Assembly (NCBI GenBank): GCA_964539135.1
Contig: CAZIFG010000004.1
Coordinates: forward strand, 43,250 to 107,249
Direction of reading: 5' to 3'
DNA length: 64,000 nucleotides
DNA from: an uncultured Rickettsiales bacterium
Lineage (GTDB): Bacteria; Margulisbacteria; Marinamargulisbacteria; GCA-2716485; CAZIFG01
Shown here: positions 26,164 to 37,537 of the stretch, one piece after another
Layout of the letters: each line of letters begins with the position of its first letter
How positions within the stretch are numbered: position 1 is the stretch's first letter
The notes under the pieces: generated by a model
What the model was told of the DNA's origin: nothing
The model's input: the letters and a program-made list of their open reading frames with translations, nothing else
The model's database searches: none
Made by a program: the position numbers and the translations under genes

Positions 26164-27136
26164 AATAGGGATCATTGGGGCAGGAGCCTGGCCCACAACA
26201 GTGGCGCTTTTATTAATAGAAAACGGACATGAGGTCACGCAATGGGTGCATAGAGCTTCTCTGTTATCCGAAATGACAGAAAAAGGAAGTCATGAAAAAG
26301 CCTTGCCGGGTATTCCTATTCCTCAAACACTTCAGGTGTCTTTAGATATACATGCGATAGCAGTGTCATGCGACGCCCTTATCATTGGGTTACCCTCAGC
26401 GCATTTATCGGCCTTGGACGCTATAGGCCATACACTCAAAAGTAAGCCGGTATTAAGTATCACAAAAGGGCTAGGGCCGGGCTTTAAACGGGCATCTTTA
26501 ATCATAAAAGAAAAATTAGGGGCCCAGAGTGTGTCTATTTTATCAGGGCCTAACTTAGCGAAAGAAATTGCAGCAAAAAAGCCAGCGGCCTCGGTTGTTG
26601 CTAGTGAGAGAGACGCCGAAGGCCTATTTTGGCAGACCTGTTTAAGCAGTGCTCGATTTAGAGTGTACCGTACCTCTGATACCATAGGCGTGGAACTGGG
26701 TGGGATTTTAAAAAATGTAGTGGCTATTGGTGCCGGCATTTCAGATGGATTGGAGTTAGGGACCAATGCCAAAGCGGCATTAGTGACCCGGGGATTAAAA
26801 GAATTAATGGGCTTTGCCCTCCAAGAAGGGGCTCAAAAAGAAAGTTTAGAAGGATTGTCTGGAATAGGAGATTTAATGGCAACCTGTCACTCAGATCAAA
26901 GTCGAAATTACAGACTTGGGAAATTATTGGGGCAGGGAAAAAACCTGGATGAAAGTGTAGAAGAAATTCAATCAGCCATTGAAGGGATGAATACAACGCA
27001 AGAGTTGTATCATCGGGCACAAGAAAAAGGTATAGAGATGCCGATTACACAAAGTATATTTGAGGTTGTTTATAACAAAAAAAATCCAAGAGCGGTGATA
27101 AATGCGCTCATGGAGCGGAGCTTGAAAAAAGAATGA
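26141..27136 (+). CDS. gpsA: NAD(P)H-dependent glycerol-3-phosphate dehydrogenase
   Basis: IGIIGAGAWPT Rossmann motif, LKNVVAIGAGISDG and SRNYRLG. Confidence 0.9.
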   Translation: MELKTRSKIGIIGAGAWPTTVALLLIENGHEVTQWVHRASLLSEMTEKGSHEKALPGIPIPQTLQVSLDIHAIAVSCDALIIGLPSAHLSALDAIGHTLKSKPVLSITKGLGPGFKRASLIIKEKLGAQSVSILSGPNLAKEIAAKKPAASVVASERDAEGLFWQTCLSSARFRVYRTSDTIGVELGGILKNVVAIGAGISDGLELGTNAKAALVTRGLKELMGFALQEGAQKESLEGLSGIGDLMATCHSDQSRNYRLGKLLGQGKNLDESVEEIQSAIEGMNTTQELYHRAQEKGIEMPITQSIFEVVYNKKNPRAVINALMERSLKKE

Positions 27137-28575
27137 AAGCCAATAAGGGGTTTTTTATCAGCTTAAGGATAATCAGTGATGTCATTCTGATTCCCATTGC
27201 CATTATTGTGGCGTATTCCTTAAAATTCAAACTGCCTATTTTTTTAGATTCGGTTCTATCCATCAATTTACTCATCATTAACCCGAATGCGCAAGTGGAA
27301 CCCTACCTGGCAGGGTTATTTTATATTACACTGATTTGGATCATTTCTTACGCGGTATCAGGGGTCTATCGCATTCAAAAAGGGGTGATGCCTGAAATAG
27401 ACGAAACACTTAGGTTAATCAAAGGCAGCGGTCTAGCGGCCATTTTAATCATGGCGGGGACCTTTCTTTATCCCTTTATTCCAGGGTCTCGATTTGTCAT
27501 TTTATACAGTGCGATTTTGGCCATAGGCTTCTGCGGTCTTGTTCGGATTTTTTTATACCGTTTAGAGCGAAAGCGCTTGCTTCAAGGAAAAGGATCTTTA
27601 CGTGCCATTATTATTGGGGTCGATCATATTGGGCAAGATCTGGCTGAAAAAATGGTGGTCTTTCCCTTTTTACGCTTCAATTATCGGGGCCATATCGACA
27701 GTGAGGTACCAGAGAAAATTCATTATCATCTGCAGAAAAATATAAAAATTTTAGGACATAAAGACGACACACTAAAGCTCTTAAAGCAGCGCCGACCAGA
27801 TGCTGTTTTTATCACCAAATATTTAGACGATACCCTCTATGTAAAAGAAATTGTGGAGTGGTGTGAATCCAAAAAAATCCAGGTGTATCGCTTGTCTGCC
27901 GTTTCCAATTTTATGAGTTCCGTTATGGCCATCACAGATTTGGATGGGCTTCCCTTTATTGAGCAAAAGGAAATAGAAGCAGATACAGGAATGATCAAAA
28001 TTAAAGAAGGCATAGACAGTGTTCTGAGTATCTTTCTCCTTCTGATTTTAAGTCCCGTATTGGGCTGTATTGCAGCGATGATCAAGTTCAGTTCCCCAGA
28101 GGGACCTGTTTTTTATTGTCAAGAAAGAGTAGGGTTTAAAGGCCGGCCATTTAAGATGATTAAATTTAGAACCATGATTCCAGATGCCGAAAAAAATGGC
28201 CCTCAGTACGTGAACGAATCGGAGGAAAATCGATACATTTCCTGTGGGAAGTGGTTGCGAAAATATTCTTTAGATGAATTGCCTCAGCTTTTGAATGTCA
28301 TTCGTGGGGAAATGAGTTTAGTCGGGCCACGGCCAGAGCGGCCTCAATTTGTCAAAAGCTACGAAGAAAGTATCCCCTATTTTGCCTATAGGCATGAAGT
28401 CAAAGGCGGATTAACAGGGTGGGCGCAAGTGAATGGGCGCTCTGTATTAACACGGCGGCCTGAACATAAATTAAGTTATGATTTATACTATGTGAAAAAT
28501 ATGTCCTTGGGATTGGATTTAAAAATTATACTCAAGACAATTACAATGGTGTTACGTGGTGAAGAAGCCTATTAG
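27133..28575 (+). CDS. Polyprenyl-phosphate sugar phosphotransferase (WbaP/exopolysaccharide initiating transferase family)
   Basis: N-terminal TM bundle. The C-terminal bacterial sugar transferase domain contains KFRTM...LDELPQLLNVIRGEMSLVGPRP. Confidence 0.85.
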   Translation: MKANKGFFISLRIISDVILIPIAIIVAYSLKFKLPIFLDSVLSINLLIINPNAQVEPYLAGLFYITLIWIISYAVSGVYRIQKGVMPEIDETLRLIKGSGLAAILIMAGTFLYPFIPGSRFVILYSAILAIGFCGLVRIFLYRLERKRLLQGKGSLRAIIIGVDHIGQDLAEKMVVFPFLRFNYRGHIDSEVPEKIHYHLQKNIKILGHKDDTLKLLKQRRPDAVFITKYLDDTLYVKEIVEWCESKKIQVYRLSAVSNFMSSVMAITDLDGLPFIEQKEIEADTGMIKIKEGIDSVLSIFLLLILSPVLGCIAAMIKFSSPEGPVFYCQERVGFKGRPFKMIKFRTMIPDAEKNGPQYVNESEENRYISCGKWLRKYSLDELPQLLNVIRGEMSLVGPRPERPQFVKSYEESIPYFAYRHEVKGGLTGWAQVNGRSVLTRRPEHKLSYDLYYVKNMSLGLDLKIILKTITMVLRGEEAY

Positions 28576-29089
28576 TATTGTATACGGGGGGACCTTCCAT
28601 CCTTTTCATGAGGGGCATCTCTGGGTTTTAAAACAGCTGGACTTACAAGCAGCGCATCGTATTCTGGTGATGCCTAATCGCTATTCGCCACACAAAGGCA
28701 GTCAAACGGAAGCCTTTGGGCGCGAAAAAATAGCTGACATACACCAGGCCTTACAAGGACATGCATTTCAAACGCCTATAGAAGTCAGTGATATCGAAGT
28801 CAAACGAGAAGGGCCTTCATACACCTTAGAGACCATTCAGATACTTAAAAAAGAGTATCCCAATGAGACCTGGCATTTGGCCATGGGGGCAGATGCCTTT
28901 TTAGAATTTCACACCTGGCAGGGGCATGAAGAGATTATGACTCAGGTTGAGTTTATGATTTTAACGCGACCTGGTGTAGGTCCAGAACAGGTAGAAAAAC
29001 AAATTGAGGCGCTGAAGTTAAGCGGGCGTGTCCTGTTTATAAAAGGAGAAGGGATAGACATCAGTTCGTCGGCCTTGAGAATCCTATGA
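28556..29089 (+). CDS. nadD: Nicotinate-nucleotide adenylyltransferase
   Basis: GGTFHPFHEGH (HxGH) and ISSSALR motifs. GTG start. Confidence 0.85.
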   Translation: MVKKPISIVYGGTFHPFHEGHLWVLKQLDLQAAHRILVMPNRYSPHKGSQTEAFGREKIADIHQALQGHAFQTPIEVSDIEVKREGPSYTLETIQILKKEYPNETWHLAMGADAFLEFHTWQGHEEIMTQVEFMILTRPGVGPEQVEKQIEALKLSGRVLFIKGEGIDISSSALRIL

Positions 29090-29634
29090 TTATTGGACTT
29101 ACAGGGCGTGCCGGGTCTGGAAAAACAGAAGCGCAAAATATTATTGCAGCTGAATTTGATGTGGAGGTTCTAGATTTAGATGCCATAGGGCATGTCCTTT
29201 TGAAGGAAGAAGCCATCAATCAAAGTCTGATAGCCGTTTTTGGAGACACTATTTTGACAGATGGGAACATAGATAGAAAAAAATTAGGCAAGCAGGTCTT
29301 TGAAGATGCGGCAGCTTTAAGTCTTTTAAATGCCGTCATACATCCCCAAATCACAGAGTACGTACGCCTGAAGTTAAGAAACCAAAGCAAAACGGTTATC
29401 ATTGTAGGGGCCTTATTAAAAGAACTTCAGTTAGAAGGAGAGTGTGATAAGATCCTTGTGATTGATGCAGACGATGCCGATATTTTGAGGCATAGACCAG
29501 AGTTAAGTCTCATTTTAAAGCATCAACGCACGAGGGCTGAGTATCAACAGCATGCAGATATCGTGATTTTAAACACTTTTTCCTCTCAATATAAAGAAAA
29601 AATTAAATGCATTTTAAATAAAATAATATTATAA
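29086..29634 (+). CDS. coaE: Dephospho-CoA kinase
   Basis: IGLTGRAGSGKT P-loop. Typical length of 182 aa. Confidence 0.85.
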   Translation: MIIGLTGRAGSGKTEAQNIIAAEFDVEVLDLDAIGHVLLKEEAINQSLIAVFGDTILTDGNIDRKKLGKQVFEDAAALSLLNAVIHPQITEYVRLKLRNQSKTVIIVGALLKELQLEGECDKILVIDADDADILRHRPELSLILKHQRTRAEYQQHADIVILNTFSSQYKEKIKCILNKIIL

Positions 29635-29686
29635 AATTGAATTAATTATTATACCATCTCTCTATTCCACTCAAAAAAGGTTTTTT

Positions 29687-30737
29687 ATGTTAAAAATAAT
29701 TTCATTAGACAGGTCAATGATTCAAAAAATCGTTATTTTTTCAGCTCGGGAGCATTTTTTACAAGGAAATGAAGGCGGGGTTTTCCCAGAACGAGAGTAC
29801 CCTCAGTCTCTAACACATCTGCTGCATTCTAGAATATCTTGCGATATCATATATCCTAAAGAAGCGGTATCGTCAGAGCATGAAAAACTATTGGAGTATA
29901 TGAGAAAGGCATCTTCGGAATATAGAGAGGTCAATAAAGCCATGATAGGGGAGGGCATTCAATTAAGTGTAAGCCTAAGAGATGGAATGGGGTTCGAAAT
30001 CATAGCAGAAACAGACATAAAACAAGGCAGTTTTTTAGGCATATACGCAGGAGAATATACCCTGATAATATATCAAAAAGATGTTCTACATTTACTCTGT
30101 TTGAATCAATGGTCTATGAATGGAAAGCAATGCACTTTAAGTGAGATTGGTATAAATATGGCTTTAACAACATTAAAACCCATTCTGGAAGAAAGGGATC
30201 TAAAAGTATTAGAGGAAAACCATTTAAGAAACAAAAATAATTTGATAAATAATTATACAAGACCCTATGCCTTTCAGGTAGAGCTTCAGAAAGATGCGGA
30301 TAAAATAAAAAAAAATAGAGAGATATATATTAAAAATAGATATGGCAGGTATCAAATCTATAGCCCTCATCATAGATGCAGTGCATAATGGAAATTGGAC
30401 TCGACATATGAATCACGCAGAAACAGAGGCAGAAGAAACAGAGGCAGAAGAAACAGTGGAACAAAGAAATTGTATATATAAAGGACAGCCTGTCCCTGTT
30501 TTTTTTGCCAAAAGAGACATAAAAGCGGGAGAAGCCCTAAGATTCACATATGCAAACTCGGTGACTGAAGAAATGCTTCGGCGAGAATCAGAACAATTAG
30601 AATTGGATTTAATCAAAGGCTTAAAAAATACAGAAATAAGCAATGAGATTCAAAAAATATATGAAAAAAAATTAGCCCAATCTATTATCAATGTAGAGCT
30701 ATTTGAGTATGATAAAACCCACTTAGACCAAATTTAG
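29687..30737 (+). pseudogene. SET-domain protein gene split into two ORFs (29687..30388 and 30342..30737) by a frameshift at an A9 tract
   Basis: ORF1 carries the N-terminal SET region GMGFEIIAETDIKQGSFLGIYAGEY. ORF2 carries the C-terminal SET region IDAVHNGNWTRHMNHA ... AKRDIKAGEALRFTY. Deleting one A from the A9 run at 30307-30315 joins the two frames. Confidence 0.6.
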
Positions 30738-30738
30738 G

Positions 30739-32169
30739 CTAGTTTTTTTTGGGAAAGACAAATTGAATAAAATCCAAAATGGGGCCAGAAAGAAAGGTTG
30801 TTGTGAGCGCCATGAGTACCATCATAGTAAACATGGTAGGAGATAAGACTCCTAAATCATAGCCAATATTAAGGACAACCAACTCTACCAAGCCTCTGGC
30901 GTTCATGAGAGCACCTAAAGAGAGAGCGTCTGACCATTTAAGTCCAACAAGCCGTGCAACAATCCCACAGCCGCCTAGTTTTCCCAAAATAGCAACGGTA
31001 ATAACAGCCGCCGTCATAATCCAAAGGCTACTATGATTAAGCGTGTCAATTTGGGTTCTAAGGCCACTAAAGGCAAAAAAGATAGGTAAAAACATCAACA
31101 AACTAACATCTTCTACTTTTTCAGTGAGTGCTGTTTTAAAGCGTATGCTTTGAGGCATCACAACGCCAGCTAAAAAAGCCCCAAAGAGGGCATGAATGCC
31201 GATAATATCGGATAAATAAGCAGAAACGAGCATGGTAAAAAAAGAAACAGCTACAATCCCTTTATTGGGATGATCAGATTCCAATTGATTTAAGCAGGCT
31301 TTTCGAATGAGAGGCCGAACCAAGTACAGCATCACGCCCACAAAAATAAATGAGAGAAAAATAGTAAAGAGAGCACTGCCAATGCCACCTGCTTTAACAA
31401 TAGCAATGACGCATGCCAATAAACACCAGGCCACAACATCATCAGCAGCAGCACAGGTAATAGCAATAGTGCCTAAGGACGTATTTTTAAGACCGCGTTC
31501 TTGGATAATACGAGCCAGAACAGGAAATGCCGTGATGCTCATAGCCACACCGATAAAAAGGGCAAAAGACATAAAGGGGACTCCAGACGGAGCGCAGCTG
31601 GGATAAAGATAATACGCTAGAAGAACACCCAGTGTAAGTGGTACCAAAATACCCGCCTGACTGACAATAAAAGCTTGATGCATTTTATTTTTAAGCTTTG
31701 TGACATCCAGTTCCATACCAATAATAAACATAAATAAAACCAATCCAATTTGACTTAAAAATTGAAGATTAATTAAAGATTCGGGCGGAAATAAAAAATG
31801 AAAAACTTGAGGAAAAAAGAGTCCCAACAAAGAAGGTCCTAATGCAATACCTGCCAAAATTTCACCAATAACAGAGGGTTGTCCTAGTTTTTTAGCCACA
31901 GTGCCAAACAAACGGGCAATGAGTAGAATAACCATCGTTTGTAAAAGCAAAAGGCTAAAGGGGTGCTGAATATTATGAGAAAATTGTTCAACAATTTTAG
32001 AGACGGATCCTAAGGCCATAGGCTCTGTATCGACGCTGGTAGCGGTAACAGAAACCGATGCTTGAGAGAGATTTTGAAGACTCAATAGACTCCCTTTTTT
32101 AATAATATAAAAAAGGGCATAAATAGAGGAAATGAGCATTAAAAAATAAGCAACAAAGGTTTTTTTCAT
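30739..32169 (-). CDS. Cation:proton antiporter (CPA2/Kef-type Na+/H+ exchanger family)
   Basis: Polytopic membrane protein of about 12 TM helices with typical Na_H_exchanger sequence character. The start is taken at MKKTFVAYF, codon 14 of the track ORF that ends at 32208, so it is uncertain. Confidence 0.75.
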   Translation of the reverse strand: MKKTFVAYFLMLISSIYALFYIIKKGSLLSLQNLSQASVSVTATSVDTEPMALGSVSKIVEQFSHNIQHPFSLLLLQTMVILLIARLFGTVAKKLGQPSVIGEILAGIALGPSLLGLFFPQVFHFLFPPESLINLQFLSQIGLVLFMFIIGMELDVTKLKNKMHQAFIVSQAGILVPLTLGVLLAYYLYPSCAPSGVPFMSFALFIGVAMSITAFPVLARIIQERGLKNTSLGTIAITCAAADDVVAWCLLACVIAIVKAGGIGSALFTIFLSFIFVGVMLYLVRPLIRKACLNQLESDHPNKGIVAVSFFTMLVSAYLSDIIGIHALFGAFLAGVVMPQSIRFKTALTEKVEDVSLLMFLPIFFAFSGLRTQIDTLNHSSLWIMTAAVITVAILGKLGGCGIVARLVGLKWSDALSLGALMNARGLVELVVLNIGYDLGVLSPTMFTMMVLMALTTTFLSGPILDFIQFVFPKKN

Positions 32170-32253
32170 GTCGGAATAATAGTAGCACAGAGTAGAAAAT
32201 TGAAGCAAGATGCTCTATCCATAGAGACATCAAAATAAGACGTATAAATAAAG

Positions 32254-33900
<1,647 letters not shown>

Positions 33901-34485
33901 CTAGGCAATGGATATTAATGAATAAAAGCGTCCAGCCGCAGCGCCTTCCTTTCGATATGAAAAATAAAGGTCATTATTACACACTGTGCAGGCTCGAGCG
34001 GCATAGAAAGCGGTATCCGAAAGTGATAAAACGGCATGAAGCTGAGCCAGATTTTGAGAAAAAAGATCATAATGGGTGTGTGTTTTGGCATCAATTTCAT
34101 AATGAGCCGCACAAATACAAGGTCCAAACCAGACCTGATACCCTTCTTTTGTGCCCAGTCTATGCGTCATGGCCATGAGTGTTTTACGCAAAATATGACG
34201 TTCGGTTCCTTTTCGACCTGCATGAATGGCAGCAAGAGTGTGTGTGGTTGGGTGTGCAATTAAAATGGGTAAACAATCCGCTGTCTTAACAGACAAAATG
34301 GTGTTGGGGCATTGTGTAATCAGCGCATCGGTGTCTGGAATAAGCGTCGTCGCAATATCTGTTGCCCAGTGAATATGATCAGAATGAGTTTGATCCATGC
34401 GAATGAGGATATAATCGGGGGCCTGAGCAGCGGCAAGGTCCTCCAGTGTGTCATTACGAGTACCAAAACGAACCCTAATAGGCAC
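33901..34485 (-). CDS. pgeF: Peptidoglycan editing factor PgeF / YfiH (DUF152, laccase-domain) family
   Basis: HSDHIHW, TADCLPI and HAGRKGT motifs. I propose GTG 34485 as the start because AAGGAGG lies 6 nt upstream. The track start 34611 would overlap dprA by 137 nt. Confidence 0.7.
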   Translation of the reverse strand: MPIRVRFGTRNDTLEDLAAAQAPDYILIRMDQTHSDHIHWATDIATTLIPDTDALITQCPNTILSVKTADCLPILIAHPTTHTLAAIHAGRKGTERHILRKTLMAMTHRLGTKEGYQVWFGPCICAAHYEIDAKTHTHYDLFSQNLAQLHAVLSLSDTAFYAARACTVCNNDLYFSYRKEGAAAGRFYSLISIA

Positions 34486-35653
34486 AAGCGGCCTCCTTTT
34501 TCTGATAGTGCTGTCCGGATTGGCGTACAACCAGACCTTTAAGTTCCATAAAGGTGAGATATTGGAGCACTTCTTGCAAGGAAAGTCCGGTTTGAAGCAC
34601 AAGATCATCAATCCCTAAAGGATGATTTCCCATACAACTTAAGAGTTGAAATTCTGGACCTGAAAGGGACGGCTCTATAGAAGGGCCTTCGTCTTGAATA
34701 GAAGCAACAGGGAGGGGCGCCGGCGCGTGGGTGGGCAATACCAAGGGGGACGTAGGGAGCTGCGCTAAAATATCAGAAAGGTGTGTGGCACAGGTTGCGC
34801 CATCTTGAATAAGCGCATGAACACCTTGAGACGCGGCATCAAAAATAGAGCCCGGGACGGCAAAGACTTCTTTATTTTGATCTAAAGCCAATTGCGCTGT
34901 AATGAGAGCGCCACTTTTCAGACCGCCTTCTGTGACTAAAACACCTAAGCTTAGCCCGCTCACCAATCGATTGCGTTGTGGAAAATGCAGGGGTTTAGGC
35001 CCTGTTCCTAAAGGATATTCAGAGAGGAGAAGTCCCTGTTCGGCAATACGAGCAGAAAGTGCTTTATTTTCAGCCGGATAAACCTGATCGATCCCGGTTC
35101 CAATCACCGCAATAGTGCCATATCCAGCATCCAGAGCAATGCGATGGGCGATAGCATCGACACCCTTAGCAAGGCCAGAGACGAGAGTAAAATACATGAG
35201 GAGCTGATGGCTAAAATATTCAGTGACAGATTGACCATAAGAGGTCATGTCTCGAGGGCCAACAATCGCAAAAAGGGGCGTATCTAAAAGCGATAACTGT
35301 CCCCGATAAAACAGCAAGAGAGGGGGATCTGAAAGTTCTAAAAAGGGCGCGGGATAAGCATCATCTTCTAGTGTTAACAGCCCAATTCCCTCTGAGGCAC
35401 AGCGGGCTAAAATAGAGGCCGCATCAAAGGTGGTATTAAGATGACTCAAGGTACTTTGGCCCTTAGGCGTTGCCGCTAATCTTGGGAGCAATGTGGGGAA
35501 GGCCTCTAAAAAATCAGATTCTGTGGGGTATTGAGTAAAGAGTTCAAAAGCAAGGACAGGTTTATAGTAAAAAAGCGTATTAAGTCTAAGAAAATAAGCC
35601 GTGTTATCCATAAGTTTGTGTGACATACCTTTTAGTGATGAGATCAAGTTCAA
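34475..35653 (-). CDS. dprA: DNA processing protein DprA (Smf)
   Basis: GLAKGVDAIAHR and FPQRNRLVSGLS motifs, plus a C-terminal winged-helix-like tail. Alternative in-frame ATG starts at 35626 and 35611 would shorten the overlap with dxr. Confidence 0.85.
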   Translation of the reverse strand: MNLISSLKGMSHKLMDNTAYFLRLNTLFYYKPVLAFELFTQYPTESDFLEAFPTLLPRLAATPKGQSTLSHLNTTFDAASILARCASEGIGLLTLEDDAYPAPFLELSDPPLLLFYRGQLSLLDTPLFAIVGPRDMTSYGQSVTEYFSHQLLMYFTLVSGLAKGVDAIAHRIALDAGYGTIAVIGTGIDQVYPAENKALSARIAEQGLLLSEYPLGTGPKPLHFPQRNRLVSGLSLGVLVTEGGLKSGALITAQLALDQNKEVFAVPGSIFDAASQGVHALIQDGATCATHLSDILAQLPTSPLVLPTHAPAPLPVASIQDEGPSIEPSLSGPEFQLLSCMGNHPLGIDDLVLQTGLSLQEVLQYLTFMELKGLVVRQSGQHYQKKEAACAY

Positions 35654-36767
35654 GAATATCTTCTAAGGTATAGTTTGTCAATGGAGAATATTTCGATGTT
35701 GTAGCTTCCACAATCTTAAAAATATCCAAAAATGAAATTTTTTCAGCTAAAAAGAGGCCAACAGCCGCTTCGTTGGCAGCATTCATGACCGCAGAAAGAG
35801 AGGACCCTAATTTCCCAATATCAAAGGCAAGTTTTAAGAGGGGAAATTTTTGAAAATCAGGTTTAAAAAATTCAATAGCGCCCATTTCAAAAAGATCGGG
35901 ACGTGGCCATGGAAAGGGTAATTTATCGGGATAAAACAAGGCATATTGAATAGGAAAACGCATGTCTGGGGGACCCATTTGCGCCAAATAAGTGCCATCT
36001 ACAAAATCAACGACACTATGAACAAGACTGGGCGGATGAATAGCGACGTCCAATTTTTCATAGGGGATATTAAACAGATGGTGGGCTTCAATAACTTCCA
36101 GACCTTTATTCATCATGGTGGCAGAATCAATCGAAATTTTAGCGCCCATAGACCAATTGGGGTGAGCAAGGGCATTGGCACGTGTAATGGAGGCAAATTC
36201 GGCAAGCGGTTTTTTAAAAAAGGGGCCGCCTGAAGCCGTTAAAATAAGACGTTGAATTTGAGCCGGGTCTTCCTGAATGCCTGCCAAGCATTGTTTAAGA
36301 GCCGCATGTTCAGAGTCTACGGGAATAATAGGAACCTTCTTTTTTCGCGCTAAGTCCATAATCAAGTCCCCAGCAGAAACTAAAACCTCTTTACACGCAA
36401 GGGCAATGGGAATGCCTTTGTCGATGGCGCGATAGGTAGGCTTTAAGGAAGCGGTACCCACAATGGCAACCAAAAGGAGATCTACAGTGCTTGTCGCCAG
36501 TGTGCAAAGCCCGTCATCCCCCCAAAAAAGGTCAATCTGAAGATGATGACTTTGAATAAAGGCGTGAAGTTCTGCAAGATCAGACTCATGGCGAATACAA
36601 GCCACTTGAGGTTTATAGGTTAAAAGTTGGTGTTTAAAAAGAGTAAGGTTAGACCCGGCACTAAGGCCAACAATAGAAAAAGCGCCTGGGAAGGCATCGA
36701 CGACCTGCAAGGCTTGAACCCCTATAGAACCTGTAGACCCTAAAATGGAAAGTTTTCGAGGACTCAT
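35604..36767 (-). CDS. dxr: 1-deoxy-D-xylulose 5-phosphate reductoisomerase
   Basis: LGSTGSIGVQAL NADPH motif and PVDSEHAA. Confidence 0.93.
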   Translation of the reverse strand: MSPRKLSILGSTGSIGVQALQVVDAFPGAFSIVGLSAGSNLTLFKHQLLTYKPQVACIRHESDLAELHAFIQSHHLQIDLFWGDDGLCTLATSTVDLLLVAIVGTASLKPTYRAIDKGIPIALACKEVLVSAGDLIMDLARKKKVPIIPVDSEHAALKQCLAGIQEDPAQIQRLILTASGGPFFKKPLAEFASITRANALAHPNWSMGAKISIDSATMMNKGLEVIEAHHLFNIPYEKLDVAIHPPSLVHSVVDFVDGTYLAQMGPPDMRFPIQYALFYPDKLPFPWPRPDLFEMGAIEFFKPDFQKFPLLKLAFDIGKLGSSLSAVMNAANEAAVGLFLAEKISFLDIFKIVEATTSKYSPLTNYTLEDILELDLITKRYVTQTYG

Positions 36768-37537
36768 CGAATCAAGAAGAAATAAAGGGGTAAAACAAAT
36801 TGAAAGCTATCAATACGATCATAAATGCCGCCATGACCGGGTAAAATAGAGCCAGAATCTTTGACATTAAAATGGCGTTTAACCAAGGATTCATGGATAT
36901 CCCCTCCAAGAGCAGCTAGGGTAATCACAAGAGAAAGGAAGAGACGATGAGGAATGGAGTAGTGAAGAAAATGACCAAAGATCAAGGCAATGCACATCCC
37001 AAATAGAATCCCACCAAGAAGACCCTCACGTGTTTTTTTGGGGCTAATGGGGGTTAATAAATGGCGACCAAAAAACTTACCTGCAAAGTAAGCGCCGGTG
37101 TCACTGGCCCAAATAATACCACACAGAAACAGGCAATGATAAAGACCAAGGTCGATATCTCTTAGAAAATACAAAAAAGGAATGCAGGCCGTAACCCAAA
37201 GGATTACTTTTAAAAAGGAAACAAAGGGGTGAGGCGCTAAAAAAAGGCGTTTAAGGTACAATTCAGAAAGGCCCCAAACACACATTAAAACGGGCAGAAT
37301 AAAAATAGAAAGGCTACTGGTAACACGGTAAAAATATAGGCTTAAAACAAAAAGAAGGGTGTTTAAAACGCTGGCTAAAACGAGGTAGGGTTTGGGAAGT
37401 GCGTAGAGTCGGCAAAGTTCGAAAGTTAAAAGGACGGAAATCGTGCCCAAAAAAAGAAAAAAGGGAACTTTACCAAAAATAATAACAAAAAGACCAAGTC
37501 CAAGAAGTGAAAATCCGGTAATGATACGGGATTTCAC
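36764..37537 (-). CDS. cdsA: Phosphatidate cytidylyltransferase
   Basis: C-terminal signature SLVKRHFNVKDSGSILPGHGGIYDRIDS. Confidence 0.88.
   Translation of the reverse strand: MKSRIITGFSLLGLGLFVIIFGKVPFFLFLGTISVLLTFELCRLYALPKPYLVLASVLNTLLFVLSLYFYRVTSSLSIFILPVLMCVWGLSELYLKRLFLAPHPFVSFLKVILWVTACIPFLYFLRDIDLGLYHCLFLCGIIWASDTGAYFAGKFFGRHLLTPISPKKTREGLLGGILFGMCIALIFGHFLHYSIPHRLFLSLVITLAALGGDIHESLVKRHFNVKDSGSILPGHGGIYDRIDSFQFVLPLYFFLIR

Noticed and set aside
26332-26772. Long antisense ORFs in the track. Examples are 26332..26772(-) opposite gpsA, 47608..47940(+) and 47759..48109(-) within fabF, 39015..39440(+) opposite pyrH, 15551..15904(+) opposite mutL, and many 60-100 aa ORFs.
   Set aside because: Each lies fully inside a well-supported conserved gene on the other strand or in another frame. 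None has a recognisable motif. They are typical shadow ORFs.
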